Of a stretch of DNA of 64,000 bases, positions 52,438 through 64,000 are shown in pieces. The notes below the pieces were generated by a model. The model did not search any database. It saw nothing but the letters and a program-made list of their open reading frames with translations, and was not told the DNA's origin. Position 1 is the first letter of the stretch. Each line of letters opens with the position of its first letter. The DNA comes from Macrostomum lignano. Lineage: Eukaryota. The position numbers and the translations under genes are program-made. The stretch is from contig NIVC01000469.1 of assembly GCA_002269645.1 (NCBI GenBank), forward strand, positions 356,724 through 420,723, read 5' to 3'.

Positions 52438-52645
52438 GATTACACCTGCCCTAATATGCAGATGTGCAACCGACAGCTCAGCCGCAGCTATTGCGCGGTG
52501 CATCTGAAGGCTGCGTACGGCTGTTCAGTCCAAGGACTGGGGGTCGCCACACACACCCTCAATTACCCCAGCTAATGCTGGCACCCATTTTACAGCTGGG
52601 TGAACTGAGGCAATGCACAGGTAAGTGTCTTGCTCAAGGTCACAG
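52438..52645 (-). mobile_element. tRNA-SINE family 1 copy lacking the head
   Basis: Central domain and tail match the other three copies. Confidence 0.85.
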
Positions 52646-52691
52646 GTTGGATTCCCTATTCCACTGGAACAACAGCTGCGAAGGCTGTGTA

Positions 52692-53037
52692 TTTTTTTTA
52701 TTAGAGGCAGGGGGTTGTGTGCACCCTGGCGCACTTTAAGCGACATAGGCACACAACCGGCGAGAGGCATTGCTGCCCATTCCGCCGACTCCCCTGAGCA
52801 GGCATACAAGCGCGCGGATACGTACGCAGGCACACACTCACACAGGAGTGTACAGCGGCCCTAACTTTATATTATCGTTAGGCATGTACACTTCACTGTG
52901 CCTTGGGGGTTGGCTCTCAAGGCCGTTAATTGCACGAGCAGAGCCAAGCCGAGATTCCAATTCAGCCCCAAATTATGTGACAGCACTTGGAATCGAGTCT
53001 GGGTCGCTGGGACACCAGAGCCTGCGCTAGACCGCTG
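52692..53037 (-). mobile_element. tRNA-SINE family 2 (346 bp) with a 3' stem-loop, A-tail and TSD
   Basis: Minus strand: CAGCGGTCTAGCGC...CTCGATTCC head; 9-bp stem GTTGTGTGC/GCACACAAC; AATAAAAAAAA tail. 9-bp TSD GGCTGTGTA at 52683-52691 and 53038-53046. Confidence 0.8.
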
Positions 53038-53594
53038 GGCTGTGTAAGTGAAGTTTAAGTCTCAACTCAGTGTCGCGGTAGTCTTGTATTCGACTCGTCA
53101 AATGAGTAGCGTATAGCAGATCGTCAGCCGAGATAGAGCTACACTAATAAAGGAGGAATGCACGCGGAATTTACCTAAATGGACACAGCAACCTGGGGTG
53201 AGAGGATAGTGAAGTGCTTGACTGGTGAGAGGACTCTAAATCCAACCTTAACTCTGATCTGCACGCGGTAGGATGTTGAGTATTGAGTGTTGAGACTAAA
53301 TGCAGACAGGGGGGGGGTAAAAAAACAAAACAATGACTTTCATGCAAAAGAGAGAAGCAGGGCAAAGTCAAGACAGAAAAACCAGCCTGTAGACCAGAAT
53401 TAAAATACAGTAGCTACTGGGGAGACTGAGCAAGAAGCATTTGAGCTGCAGACCTCACTGCATGACACGCACAACGCAGCAGTATTACTTAACGTAAAAA
53501 GGAAGTCGCAACTGGTCTCGTAAATAATATGCATCTTTACCACAAATTAGAAAATCACAACAACGAGTTCATCTGGCATATTTTACGAGCGTAA

Positions 53595-54964
53595 TTACCA
53601 GATTGCTTTACATAATACAGAACAATAGCCATCATCAGTGAGAATAATTTTCGCGGCCCCTGCAGTCAAGCTAATGAAGTAATAAAGGAGAACAATACGA
53701 GTACATTAGTGTAATCATAGTCAATACACGAGTGCAAATTCAAATAAAAAAGCGTCATAGTTGGAGATACCGCAGTACAAAAGTTGCGAGCTAGAACAAA
53801 CGAATCAAATATATCAAAATAAAAAAGTAACAGGTCGCCATCTTACCTAACCCTACCTGATATCCACGTCTGCTTGAAAGTTTTCGATGTTTTGAAACTT
53901 TCAGAAGGGAACTGAATCACTGAGAGCTCACCAATCAGCTGGAAGAAGCGAATCTCGCAGATGGTCAGGATCAGTCCAGTCAGGGTCTGAATCCGCAGCA
54001 CTCTGCCGCTAAGGCCGCAGCTCACATTGAAGACGGACTCGGAAGCATTGGTGAAGTAGCTGGCGCACTGAACTTCGTCCATCAGCAGCTGGAAGAAGCG
54101 AATCTCGCAGATGGTCAGGATCAGTCCAGTCAGGGTCTGAATCCGCAGCACTCTGCCGCTAAGGCCGCAGCTCACATTGAAGACGGACTCGGAAGCATTG
54201 GTGAAGTAGCTGGCGCACTGAACTTCGTCCATCAGCAGCTGGAAGTTCGCCAGCCTCTCCGGGCAGCAGTCGGCTCGATTCCACAGGGTGACCAAGTCGA
54301 CTCGAACTGAGGAGTTGAACTCGGCCTGCCACCAGGCTGCCGTGTCTGAGGCACCTGTAGCTGAGCAGCTGAGGGAGCCCCAGTCCTGCGCTGTGCTGCC
54401 ATCGATGGCCTTGTCGCAGGTGGCGTATGTCGAATATTCGGAGCTGTGCTGGCAGGAGTCTGGCCACAGTGGCTGCACAACTGGCTGCGCCGTCAGCTGC
54501 GGCCTGCAATTGAGAAATGCTAGTGGGGCTGGCTCTCTCCGACTTCCAGGTTTACACTCTGCATTAGACACCTCGGCAGCGCCTTGGCTCGGAAACCAGA
54601 AATTACAGGTTCGAATCCGCGCCGTTTGACGCAAAGAACTGCGTTGACAAAGGCAAACGAATATTTGAGACACAAACACAGAGTATGTACATGCACGATG
54701 CAAAAGTGTGTGCTTGTGCACGAGGGAATTGTGTTCTCAAGGGCAGCCGAACTAAAATTCTTAAACAACCGGCAGCTGTCTGACTGTCACCAGGGGCTTC
54801 AATCTGTTCCATTTATGTGAATGGAACACAGGAAAAACGCCCAAAACAAACCTACTAATGCAGATTTTACATAGCTACAACCCAGCAAGCAGTTGGCACA
54901 GCCCGCACACGTTTGGCACTCACCAAACAGCTGGTAATATTAAAGCTATCAATGTAAACTTCAT
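53595..54964 (-). CDS. Secreted F-type lectin (FTP / F5-8 type C fold); 3 exons, with an in-frame 150-bp duplication
   Basis: Exon 54964-54924 (MKFTLIALILPAV-W, phase 2) joins 54503-53932 (QHSSEY...KAIDG...SC...WWQAEF...VTLWNRADCCPERLANF...GRVLRI...LTICEI). Probable terminal exon 53659-53595 (phase 1). Confidence 0.8.
54560..54815 (+). mobile_element. Possible third tRNA-SINE in lectin intron 1
   Basis: B box GGTTCGAATCC at ~54609 and terminal hairpin TGTTCCATTT...AATGGAACA. Only one copy in the window. Confidence 0.4.
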
Positions 54965-55314
54965 GTGATTTGAAATTATCTATGCAAGCTTAAAAATCTA
55001 AAATTCAATCTCTCGGCAAATCCATCATCACAGCGAGCAGTGCAGTGAATAAATAATATTCTCTAAATTCAGAAAACCAGCCACTTCCAGCTCAGCTTTC
55101 TTCGAGGGTGCTGATTGGTCCGGCCATCAAGGTTCCGGAAAGTCAGGGTAAAAAGCTTGTAGTTTGAATTTTGCTTTGCTAGCTCGTACTAATCAGTAGC
55201 AGTAGAAGACTTTGGAGAAACAATTAAAAAAATTGATTTGTTATTCTGCGTCAGGATGCTCCCCAAGAGCTCATGTATTTTTAACCAAAATTAGGCCATC
55301 AAATAAATTGTAAG

Positions 55315-56342
55315 AGGATCTGTGAGTGTGGCCCAGCAACTGAGGATCTGGGAAGCTGGCCCAGCAACAGAGGATCTGGGAGTGTGGCCCAGCAACTGAG
55401 GATCTGGGAGGCTGGCCCAGCAACTGAGGATCTGGGAGTGTGGCCCAGCAACTGAGGATCTGGGAGGCTGGCCCAGCAACTGAGGATCTGGGAGTGTGGC
55501 CCAGCAACTGAGGATCTGGGAGTGTGGCCCAGCAACTGAGGATCTGGGAGGCTGGCCCAGCAACTGAGGATCTGGGAGTGTGGCCCAGCAACTGAGGATC
55601 TGGGAGGCTGGTACAGCAACTGAGGATCTGGGAGTGTGGCCCAGCAACTGAGGATCTGGGAGGCTGGCCCAGCAACTGAGGATCTGGGAGTGTGGCCCAG
55701 CAACTGAGGATCTGGGAGGCTGGCCCAGCAACTGAGGATCTGGGAGTGTGGCCCAGCAACTGAGGATCTGGGAGTGTGGCCCAGCAACTGAGGATCTGGG
55801 AGGCTGGTCCAGCAACTGAGGATCTGGGAGTGTGGCCTACAACTGAGGATCTAGGAGTGTGGCCTACAACTGAGGATCTGGGAGTGTGGCCTACAACTGA
55901 GGATCTGGGAGGCTGCCCAGCAACTGAGGATCTGGGAGGCTGGCCCAGCAACTGAGGATCTGGGAGGCTGGCCCAGCAACTGAGGATCTGGGAGGCTGGC
56001 CCAGCAACTGAGGATCTGGGAGGCTGGCCCAGCAACTGAGGATCTGCGAGGCTGTTTCAGCAACTGAGGATCTGGGAGGCTGGCCCAGCAACTGAGGATC
56101 TGGGAGGCTGCCCAGCAACTAAGGATCTGGGAGGCTGGTCCAGCAACTGAGGATCTGGGAGGCCGGCCCAGCAACTGAGGATCTGGGAGGCTCGCCCAGC
56201 AACTGAGGATCTGGGAGGCTGGCCCAGAAACTGAGGATCTGAAAGGCTGGCCCAGCAACTGAGGATCTGGGAGGCTCGCCCAGCAACTGAGGATCTGGGA
56301 GGCTGGCCCAACAACTGGGGATCTGGGAGGGCGGCCCAGCTG
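55315..56342 (-). repeat. 28-bp minisatellite family, array 3
   Basis: Reverse complement of the 42906 unit, with two variants (CCAGCCTC / CCACACTC). Confidence 0.97.
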
Positions 56343-56884
56343 CTTAAAATTTCTTTTTGCGAAGTTTTGAAATTAGTTTGGAGGTAATCACAGTAATTAA
56401 GTATCAATTTTTAGCAAGGCAAATTGCAAAACGTTTTTACAATAGGTATATTATTTGAGTGCATTATTAATAAGCAAGACACGCAAGCGGGAGAGTTAAG
56501 TTACAATGCAATCGATACAGTCGCAAGCCGGGATAAAAGACAGGGCCAATATTGAATACGTAGCTCTTACGTATATGTGATTTAATTATAATTTAAAATA
56601 GGCTGAGAAATTGATACGTTTCTCAGTAATACGAGAAAAAAATTAATATTGGCCTAGCTGGCAATCTGCAGATTAATACAGTGCGCCAAAGTATTTTATT
56701 TACAGTCTAAAGGGTAGTTTGTTATGACTGCTAGACCATGAAGTGTTATTACACAGCAGGGGTGCAAAAATTGCAAGAATTACTCTCTCCTGCATGCTGT
56801 TTAACACAACGCTTCAATATCTACGGGAGATATCATAATGAATATTTCCGATGCATTAAACTACGCATAAGAAATTGCCGCATG

Positions 56885-57185
56885 GTCGGAGACTCGAACT
56901 GGGGTCTGGGAATCTAGGAGGTCGGAGAATCGAACTCGGGACCTCGGAGGTCTGAGACTTGAATTGGGGATTTGAGAGGTCTGAGACTCGAACTCGGGAC
57001 CTCAGAGGTCGGAGACTTGAACTGGGGTATGAGAATGAGAGGTCTGAGACTCGAACTCGGAACCTCGGAGGCTTGAGACTTGAACTGGGAATATGAGAGG
57101 TTCCAAATGAGACTCGAACTCGGGACCTCAGAGGTTTGAAACTCGAACTCGGGACCTCAGAGGTTTGAAACTCGAACTGGGGACC
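56885..57185. repeat. Diverged ~29-30-bp minisatellite GAGACTCGAACTCGGGACCTCAGAGGTCT
   Basis: Directly visible downstream of the TFIIB stop codon. Confidence 0.85.
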
Positions 57186-57377
57186 ATAAATTCGGAGACT
57201 CAAAGTGAGGATCTGGGTGTTTAGAGTTCGGCGGCTTCAAGTCAGAGAATCCGACCATTGTGACATGAAAAAGGCCCAAATGAAACGAATAACAATTAAC
57301 CATTTAGTCAGCACATTACAAGCCTGCGAATTCAGCAGCTGGTAGGTAGAATTCCTACTACCAAATCTCAAAGCGAT

Positions 57378-58913
57378 TCACTGCCATGGCAGGCTTTCCA
57401 CAGGCGACTGGAACACAAAGTCCGGCGGGAACAGCGACTTGGCATGCGAGCGCATGATCTTGTAGGCTCCAGCGATCGTGACCTCGGCTACTCCGGCAAT
57501 GTCGCCGATCTCCTTCTTCTCTTTCTTGGTGTCGGAGGCCTGGCAGGCCATGTAGATGGCTGCGGCGGCCACTGAGATGGGGCTCTTGCCAGCCACTTCG
57601 TCAATTTGCATGGCCTTCTCGGCGATGTGCGTGGCGGCCTTCTGGATGGCGATGTTGAGCTCCAGGTTGGAGCAGAATCGGGACATGAAGTCCGTAGTTG
57701 AGATGCCCTTCAAGTTGGTGTCCAGGGCTTTGGTGATCTTTCGGAAGGCCTTGCCAATGTCGCGGCGGTTCGAATGGCTCACCGAGCAGACCTCCTTGAG
57801 GGTGCGCGGCACAGCCTCCTGGCGGCAGGCCATGTACAGGCAGGCGCTGGCAATTGTCTCGTTGGCGCGGCCGCGGCACTGCTTCGAGTCGTACACCTGC
57901 GGGTGGAAGGGCGATTCCTCAGTGGGTGGAAGGGCGATTCCCCAGTGGGAGGAAGGGCGATTCTCCAGTGGGAGGAAGGGCGATTCTCCAGTGGGTGGAA
58001 GGGCGATTCCCCAGTGGGTGGAAGGGCGATTCCACAGTGTGGAAGGGCGATTCTCCAGTGGGTGGAAGGGCGATTCTCCAGTGGGTGGAAGGGCGATTCT
58101 CCAGTGGGTGGAAGGGCGATTCTCCAGTGGGGGGAAGGGCGATTCTTCAGTGGGAGGAAGGGCGATTCTCCAGTGGGTGGAAGGGCGATTCTCCAGTGGG
58201 GGGAAGGGCGATTCTTCAGTGGGAGGAAGGGCGATTCTCCAATGGTTGTAAGGGCGATTCTCCAGTGGGAGGAAGGGCAATTCTCCAGTGGTTGTAAGGG
58301 CGATTCTCCAGTGGGAGGAAGGGCGATTCTCCAGTGGGTGTAAGGGCGATTCTCCAGTGGGTGTAAGGGCGATTCTCCAGTGGGTGTAAGGGCGATTCTC
58401 CAGTGAGTGGAAGGGCGATTCTTCAGTGGGAGGAAGGGCGATTCTTCAGCTGGTGGAAGGGCGATTCTCCAGTGGATGTGACGCCAATGTTTTCACTCAC
58501 CTGTTTAAATATCTTATTAGCAGTGTTGACGACACTCTTGGGCAGGTTGAGCCTGTTGGCCATCTGGTCGATCTCCTTGAAGGCGCTAGTCAGGGTCCGG
58601 TCGCCTATGCTCAAATTCTTCTTATTCTTATAGACCGGCCGGCCAGTCTCCGGGTCGACTCCGTACGACTCTCGGCCAGTGTTGCAATCCTAGTGGTGAG
58701 CTCGGTGCTCTCCAGCAAAGGATTCTCAGCAGAGCCGACTCGCGACATGTCCTTATTGCTGCCGTCATTGGCGAACGTGCGCCACTCGGAGCCGACGTCG
58801 ATAACGCGATCGCCGACAACCAGGCCGCACTGGGAGCAAACCAGGTCGCCGCAGTGATAGTCTTCGATTAGCACCGCCTCGGGGTGGTATTTGCAGGTCA
58901 CTTTACTGCTCAT
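57378..58913 (-). CDS. GTF2B: General transcription factor IIB; 2 exons, one 1-bp deletion near 58680
   Basis: Exons 58913-58501 and 57896-57378. Zn ribbon CKYH...CSQC; [11 protein letters not shown]; [21 protein letters not shown]; [20 protein letters not shown]; [15 protein letters not shown]; [13 protein letters not shown]. Confidence 0.97.
57900..58475. repeat. 23-bp minisatellite GAAGGGCGATTCTCCAGTGGGTG filling the TFIIB intron
   Basis: Directly visible, running to within a few nt of the acceptor. Confidence 0.97.
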
Positions 58914-59375
58914 AGTTTGTATTTATTAACGAGAAATTGTTGCATGCATGGAAATTTCAGGACAGGGATCTCTCAAACTGGCCGATCGGCGGTTTTCTAC
59001 CGACAAACAGTTCAATATGTATTTTTATCCATGAATTTTTAACATCTCAACCATTTTTATTAAGCTTGGATAAATGAAAACTAAAACCAATTTAAATCAT
59101 TCATATAGGCAGGCGCCATCATCAAAACATTCGATTTAAACTGTAGGTTTCAGTTTGTTAGAAAAAAGACAGCCAATATGTTTTGTATATATATTATTTG
59201 CAATGATCTTTAAATCATCGGCATAAATCTGTCAGATTTGCATATTAAGCCAGAGGTAAAATTGGATCCTTTATTGAGAAATGAACTGATGTACTATTAG
59301 AAAACTTTTTGAAAAATTCATACGGTTCTCAAATACGAACCGTCACGAAAGTACATAATCGTGGCTGTACGAGAC

Positions 59376-61096
59376 TCAAAAGTTAAATTCCTGACAGTCG
59401 TACTGCACAACACGAAAGCTTTCAGCGGCACCACTTTGCTCGCTGCCCTCATCTGGCGTTACAGGGTGCACCGAAGCAGGCCCTTCAGTCCCGTCTGCAG
59501 CCACCGACACTTGCGACAAAAACAAGGTGAGCAGACTACGCGTCACGCTTCGACTACGGCGAAGGCGTCGATGACCGGCCTCCTCCAGCTGGTGCCGGGT
59601 GCGTGCGTCCAGCTCGACAATCAATGTTGAATCGACATCGACTTCCTCGTCTGGATGATTGCACTCGGAGTTCTGGCTCTGTTGCTGGCTATGTCTACGA
59701 GCGGTGAGCATTGCCGAATCGAGCTGGGCAAGCACCTGATTAATTTTTTATTGTAGGATAGCATTGGTAAGTACCAAGTACCGAGTGTAGGCTAAGATAG
59801 ATAGAATACCAACATCGCGTCTTCCTTGTTTATTCGTTGAGTTCTCGCAAAATAAAATTCAAAAAAGTTATTGTAAGTAGCTTTAATCCACGGTGCCCTA
59901 AGATAGACTTTAGAATAAGGCATCGGGATCTTCAAGAAAGTGCTATTAGGATCTTTATTTGGCCTCAAGATCTTTTAGGATGTGGCATTAGGATCATACA
60001 TGCGCAACACCCGGCGCGAGGGGCCCAGCCAAGGTAAGTCGCAAAAACGCCCACCTGAAAGAATACACAGGCGTAGTACTAATTAAATGACGAAGCATTT
60101 AGCCTTAATAAGACAGTCATAGTTACTCCTGCCGTTTACCCAGAATTGCGTTAATTTTTAATTTCTTTAGGGTTTCTTTCACAGGTAAGTGGCATTTTGG
60201 GTCAAAAAGTAAGACGCACCAGTGTAAATCAGGGGGGGTTGCGCATGTATGAATAGGATTTTTATATGATATGATTATGATTAGGCCTCACTATCTTTTA
60301 GTAAAGTGGCATTAGGATCTTTATTTGGACTCGAGATCTTTTAGTAAAGTGGCATTAGGATCTTTATTTGGACTCGAGATCTTTTAGAAACGTGCCATTA
60401 GGATCTTTATTTGGCCTCAGTATCTTTTAGAAACGTGGCATTAGGATCTTTATTTGGACTCGAGATCTTTTAGAAACGTGCCATTAGGATCTTTATTTGG
60501 ACTCGAGATCTTTTAGAAACGTGGCATTAGGATCTTTATTTTGACTCGAGATCTTTTAGAAACGTGCCATTAGGATCTTTATTTTGACTCGAGATTTTTA
60601 GAAACGTGCCATTAGGATCTTTATTTGGCCTCAGTATCTTTTAGGAACGTGGCATTAGGATCTTTATTTGGCCTCAAGATCTTTTAGGATGTGGCATTAG
60701 GATCGCTTATGATGTGGCTTTAGGATGTTTTGGTATGCGACCTCAAAATCTATTAAGGCATCGGGATCTTTAAAGACGTGCTTTTTAGGATCTCTGATGA
60801 TTTGATATGGCTTCAGAATATTTTTTAGAGTTGGCACTCTATCTTTAGATCTTTATTCTTTGGTTAGTACTGCTTTAACTCCGTTGAGTCAATTTTTATT
60901 GCATTGAAGACGGACAAAGAAATCTCACCAATCTCTCCTCGGCAGACAGATCCTCATTATTGTTATTATTATTTCTACTAAGACAGCGGTCACTGCCACC
61001 GCTAGTCGATGACTGGCACGAGGGGGCCGCAGGACAATCAGCATTTGACAGCGACGTGGACGACGATGCAAGCATTGTCGAATGCTCGAAAAACAT
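59376..61096 (-). CDS. Hypothetical protein, 2 predicted exons (~175 aa), no recognised domain
   Basis: Exon 61096-60929 (donor GTGAGA, phase 0) joins acceptor AATCAG to exon 59735-59376: ...EDLSAEERL/VLAQLDSAML... GC-richer than the flanks. Confidence 0.45.
59915..60785. repeat. 43-bp minisatellite GGCATTAGGATCTTTATTTGGACTCGAGATCTTTTAGAAACGT, interrupted by a MITE
   Basis: Units at 59915-59994 and 60290-60785. Confidence 0.9.
59995..60251. mobile_element. 257-bp MITE (hAT or P type)
   Basis: 14-bp TIR CATACATGCGCAAC / GTTGCGCATGTATG; 8-bp TSD ATTAGGAT / AATAGGAT (1 mismatch). Confidence 0.8.
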
Positions 61097-62987
61097 TGAA
61101 GTGACGTGTCAAATAAAAGTCAGTTTTTTTAGCTTTGTTCTTTTGACGACTGACTATGATGCAAGTAGACTGGCGGATAGGAGACTTTGCACACCGTTAT
61201 ATATTAGTGACTTTCCAAGGTAAATTTTATTGTTTAACTCAACTAGGTGAGCAAAAGGTCACAGACGTACTACTCGTACATAGTCATCTGCCATCCAGCC
61301 GTCAACGTGTCGTCAGCTTCTGTCTCACACGCACTAAACAGTTGCCAGCCATACTAAAAAAACTGCCTCAAGCTTAACGGCCTTCTGCTTTTGCAGCAGT
61401 GACTGAGGCTTTGTGTGCCGAGTGCTGGCGCCTTTGTGTGAGCAGGCAATAAACATGGCGCCGCCAAAAATACAGACTCGCTCTAATTAGCTAGCCAGGT
61501 ATGGCAATGAAATTCGAGGCACCGTAGTATTAGCTGAATCAAATTAATAAGTTCGAGTTCTCATACACTACAGCCAGTTTCCACGCTCAAATGGATTGTG
61601 TAGCTGAGCAGCTTCTGTTTTCCCTAAACGAGTAGATAGCAACTACTTTACGCGTCTTATACTACTAATAGTATTTGACAGAGCTGTAACCAGTTAAAAC
61701 CAAAAAGAATGTCGGAATATTTAACTTTTACTACTAATAACACAAGAATGCAGCTTTGTGCAAGATCTAGGAACCAAAAAATGTTGGAGCCCTTATCATC
61801 AACATACATATACAACTACTAGCCAACCCAGCCAATCTGGCCAGTGTAAATTGTGAGAGCAAGGATAGGTTGCAAAATTGACCACTTTTGGCGACTTCTG
61901 ACAAATGTTTAGGCGATTTTTTAAAACTTATTTGACAAAAATTGACAACAAATCTTCGTTTTCTTTTGGATAAGTTTAAACCTAAGTTACATTTTAGTAA
62001 AAACTAAGTTGTATGGCCAGTGTAATTTTAGAAGTTGCACATGTATGACCATTATAATAGCATTTTGCTGTCATTTTAAGCTATGACAAGAGTGGCAGAA
62101 TGCAACAATTGAGGCAACTACTGTTTGCTGGTCATCAAAGACCTAATCTTACAAGCATTCAACTTAGTCCTTGTTCTTTTGGAAGCTGCTTAAGGCTTAC
62201 AATCATTCTTCTATGAATGATTACTTCTGACACAAGAATGCAACTTGGGGCAAATGGCAGAAATAGAAGCCAATGCTAGAGCCATTTCTTTATTATTCTT
62301 CATGTAGTACAGCAATTATTCTATAATTTTGTGGGTAGACAATAGTCATAGTCGGAATATGGCCCACAAAACAATTGATAATAACATACATATCATAACA
62401 AAGTTTAGCTTTTCCAATTAATAATCACTATCTTTTACCACAATAAAACTGAATGGTTATAAGTGATTTTGGATTAATATTATTGCAATTTTGCTATCAC
62501 AAATAGGTATTCAAGATTCAAGACACAAAGGGCATTAGCCAAGAAATTTGAAAAAGGATTATAAATGCTTATTTTTAATGTTTCTTTCAATCCAAGCATT
62601 ATTAAGGTCAAAGGTTCATAGCTTACTCTTTGATAGACATCATACTCAAGGCAATTTCTTGGATTCTAAGCCTAGATTTATTAATTAGCCAATTGTTTTG
62701 ATGACTAATACTTCTGAATACAAATTAGCTAAATGCCTTTCACAAATAGTCCCTCACAATTGGCCATTGTATTGACGATTGATCATGTGTATTAAATTGA
62801 ATTGTATTGAATGTAATTCAAGTATTGGAGACTATAACCCTCTAATCTGGACAATGCCTAGGACTAAAAAGATTATAGATGCAGTATATATACCAGTAGA
62901 GTACATACCACTCAGGACAGATTTACATTGAATGCTACTAGTATAGAATAGGAACACTACCAATAAAGGACAACAAATATGCAGATA

Positions 62988-64000
62988 TACTTCGCCTGTC
63001 CGGAAAGTCGTGAGAATGTGTCAGTCAAGCAAGAAAGCAGCAAGCTGATGACATGGCACACATAAAATTTCAATAATAGACTTATATATGTCTATGGTGA
63101 AAATTTTTGTTATTCTAGCAGCAAAATTGGGGGCAGGGGCGAGCTCAGCATAAAGTGCTCAATAACCAATGCAACGCGGTGATCAAGCTTGAAAAATTTA
63201 ATAGCGAGTTCGTCAAAATGGAAGATTTCCAGGCTTATACCTATGCTAGATACCGTCTTGGAATCTCTGCTATTAGTTGTTATGACGAACTACTTAAAGT
63301 TTATGGAGATGCCGCACCAGGTCAGTCAACGGTTTACAGATGGTACTCAAAGTTCCGTGATGAAGCATTCCCCCTGGCCTCAGCTCCTCGGACTGGCCGG
63401 CCACGGTCAACAAGGACAACGGAACTGATCGAAACCTGCCGAGCTCTCGTTGAAGAGGATTCAAAAGTTAGTGTCCGAGACCTCGCCGACTTTTTGGAAG
63501 TTGGAAAAACAACAGTGCACGAAATTTCGACCGAGGATTTGCACATTCGAAACGTTTCTGCCGTCTGGGTTCCTCATGCTCTATCCGAGGAGAACAAGAC
63601 TGCTCGCATCAATTGTGCCAAGCAAATTCGCAGGCTTTTTTACAACGAGGGCATGGAAAACTTTTGCGACAAGTATGTGGTGGAAGATGAGACGTGGGTG
63701 TACCTGAACAACACTGGCACAAAGCAAAACAACAGGTGCTGGCTTGGCCAAGGAGATCATCGCGCCCCAGGTTGTCAGGCACTCGGTCGGGAATGCAAAG
63801 ACAATGCTTCTGGTTGCTTTCACTCCAAACAAGCGCTTGGGGCCAAACAGCCCCGAAGCAAACTGTTGATGCAGATGGCATAGTTAAGTTCATTCGGCAC
63901 ACCGGAGACCTATGGCGTACTCTGAGGTCAAAGCCAATTCACCTGTTGGATGTTCTTTGGCAGTGGGACAATGCGCGACCTCACGTAGCCCGTTCTGTGC
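62988..64000 (+). mobile_element. Second mariner, 5' part (runs off the window), transposase disrupted
   Basis: ORF from ATG 63218: STVYRWYSKF...PRTGRP, WVPHAL, VEDETW; after frameshifts KTMLLVAF and WQWDNARPH. Not similar in DNA sequence to the mariner at 10185. Confidence 0.9.

Noticed and set aside
50220-56410. Prediction that 28-mer arrays 2 and 3 also start ~35 nt after a splice donor
   Set aside because: There is no canonical GTRAG upstream of either array (only GTTAAGT near 50255), so the donor-proximity pattern is not claimed for them.
61452-61500. YY1-like AACATGGCGCCGCC as the start of a gene
   Set aside because: ORFs on both strands stop within 12-40 codons and no downstream exon was found.

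Overview
Eukaryotic (metazoan) genomic DNA with GT-AG introns, GC-rich exons and AT-rich, repeat-dense intergenic space. The style (TCTG microsatellites, minisatellite-filled introns) resembles a free-living flatworm such as Macrostomum, but this is inference only. No prokaryotic features, CRISPR arrays, rRNA or true tRNA genes are supported. Host genes: Hey (+, 5117-6980); a secreted FAMeT-domain-like protein (+, 11912-13620); a small PDZ protein of the ALP/Enigma/Zasp type (-, 25579-15137); an intronless secreted PAN/apple + ConA/LamG-like protein (+, ~32598-33632); MFSD2 (+, ~42464-47757); a secreted F-type lectin (-, 54964-53595); TFIIB (-, 58913-57378); and a possible unknown gene (-, 61096-59376). 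Hey, MFSD2 and TFIIB carry 1-bp deletions that look like long-read consensus errors. Mobile DNA: two mariners, a deleted Tc1/IS630 element, P-superfamily elements (a THAP-carrying copy, a foldback MITE and a 37-bp relic with an 8-bp TSD), hAT and Mutator MITEs (some nested), a solo LTR, an RTE LINE fragment, a Crypton-like fragment and two or three tRNA-SINE families. The most unusual signal is the behaviour of the ~16 minisatellite arrays. Half of the predicted introns have an array starting 14-35 nt after the splice donor. One 28-bp family occurs at three unlinked sites with no shared flanks, yet always starts and stops at the same unit boundary. Many unrelated units share a CTCAG core.
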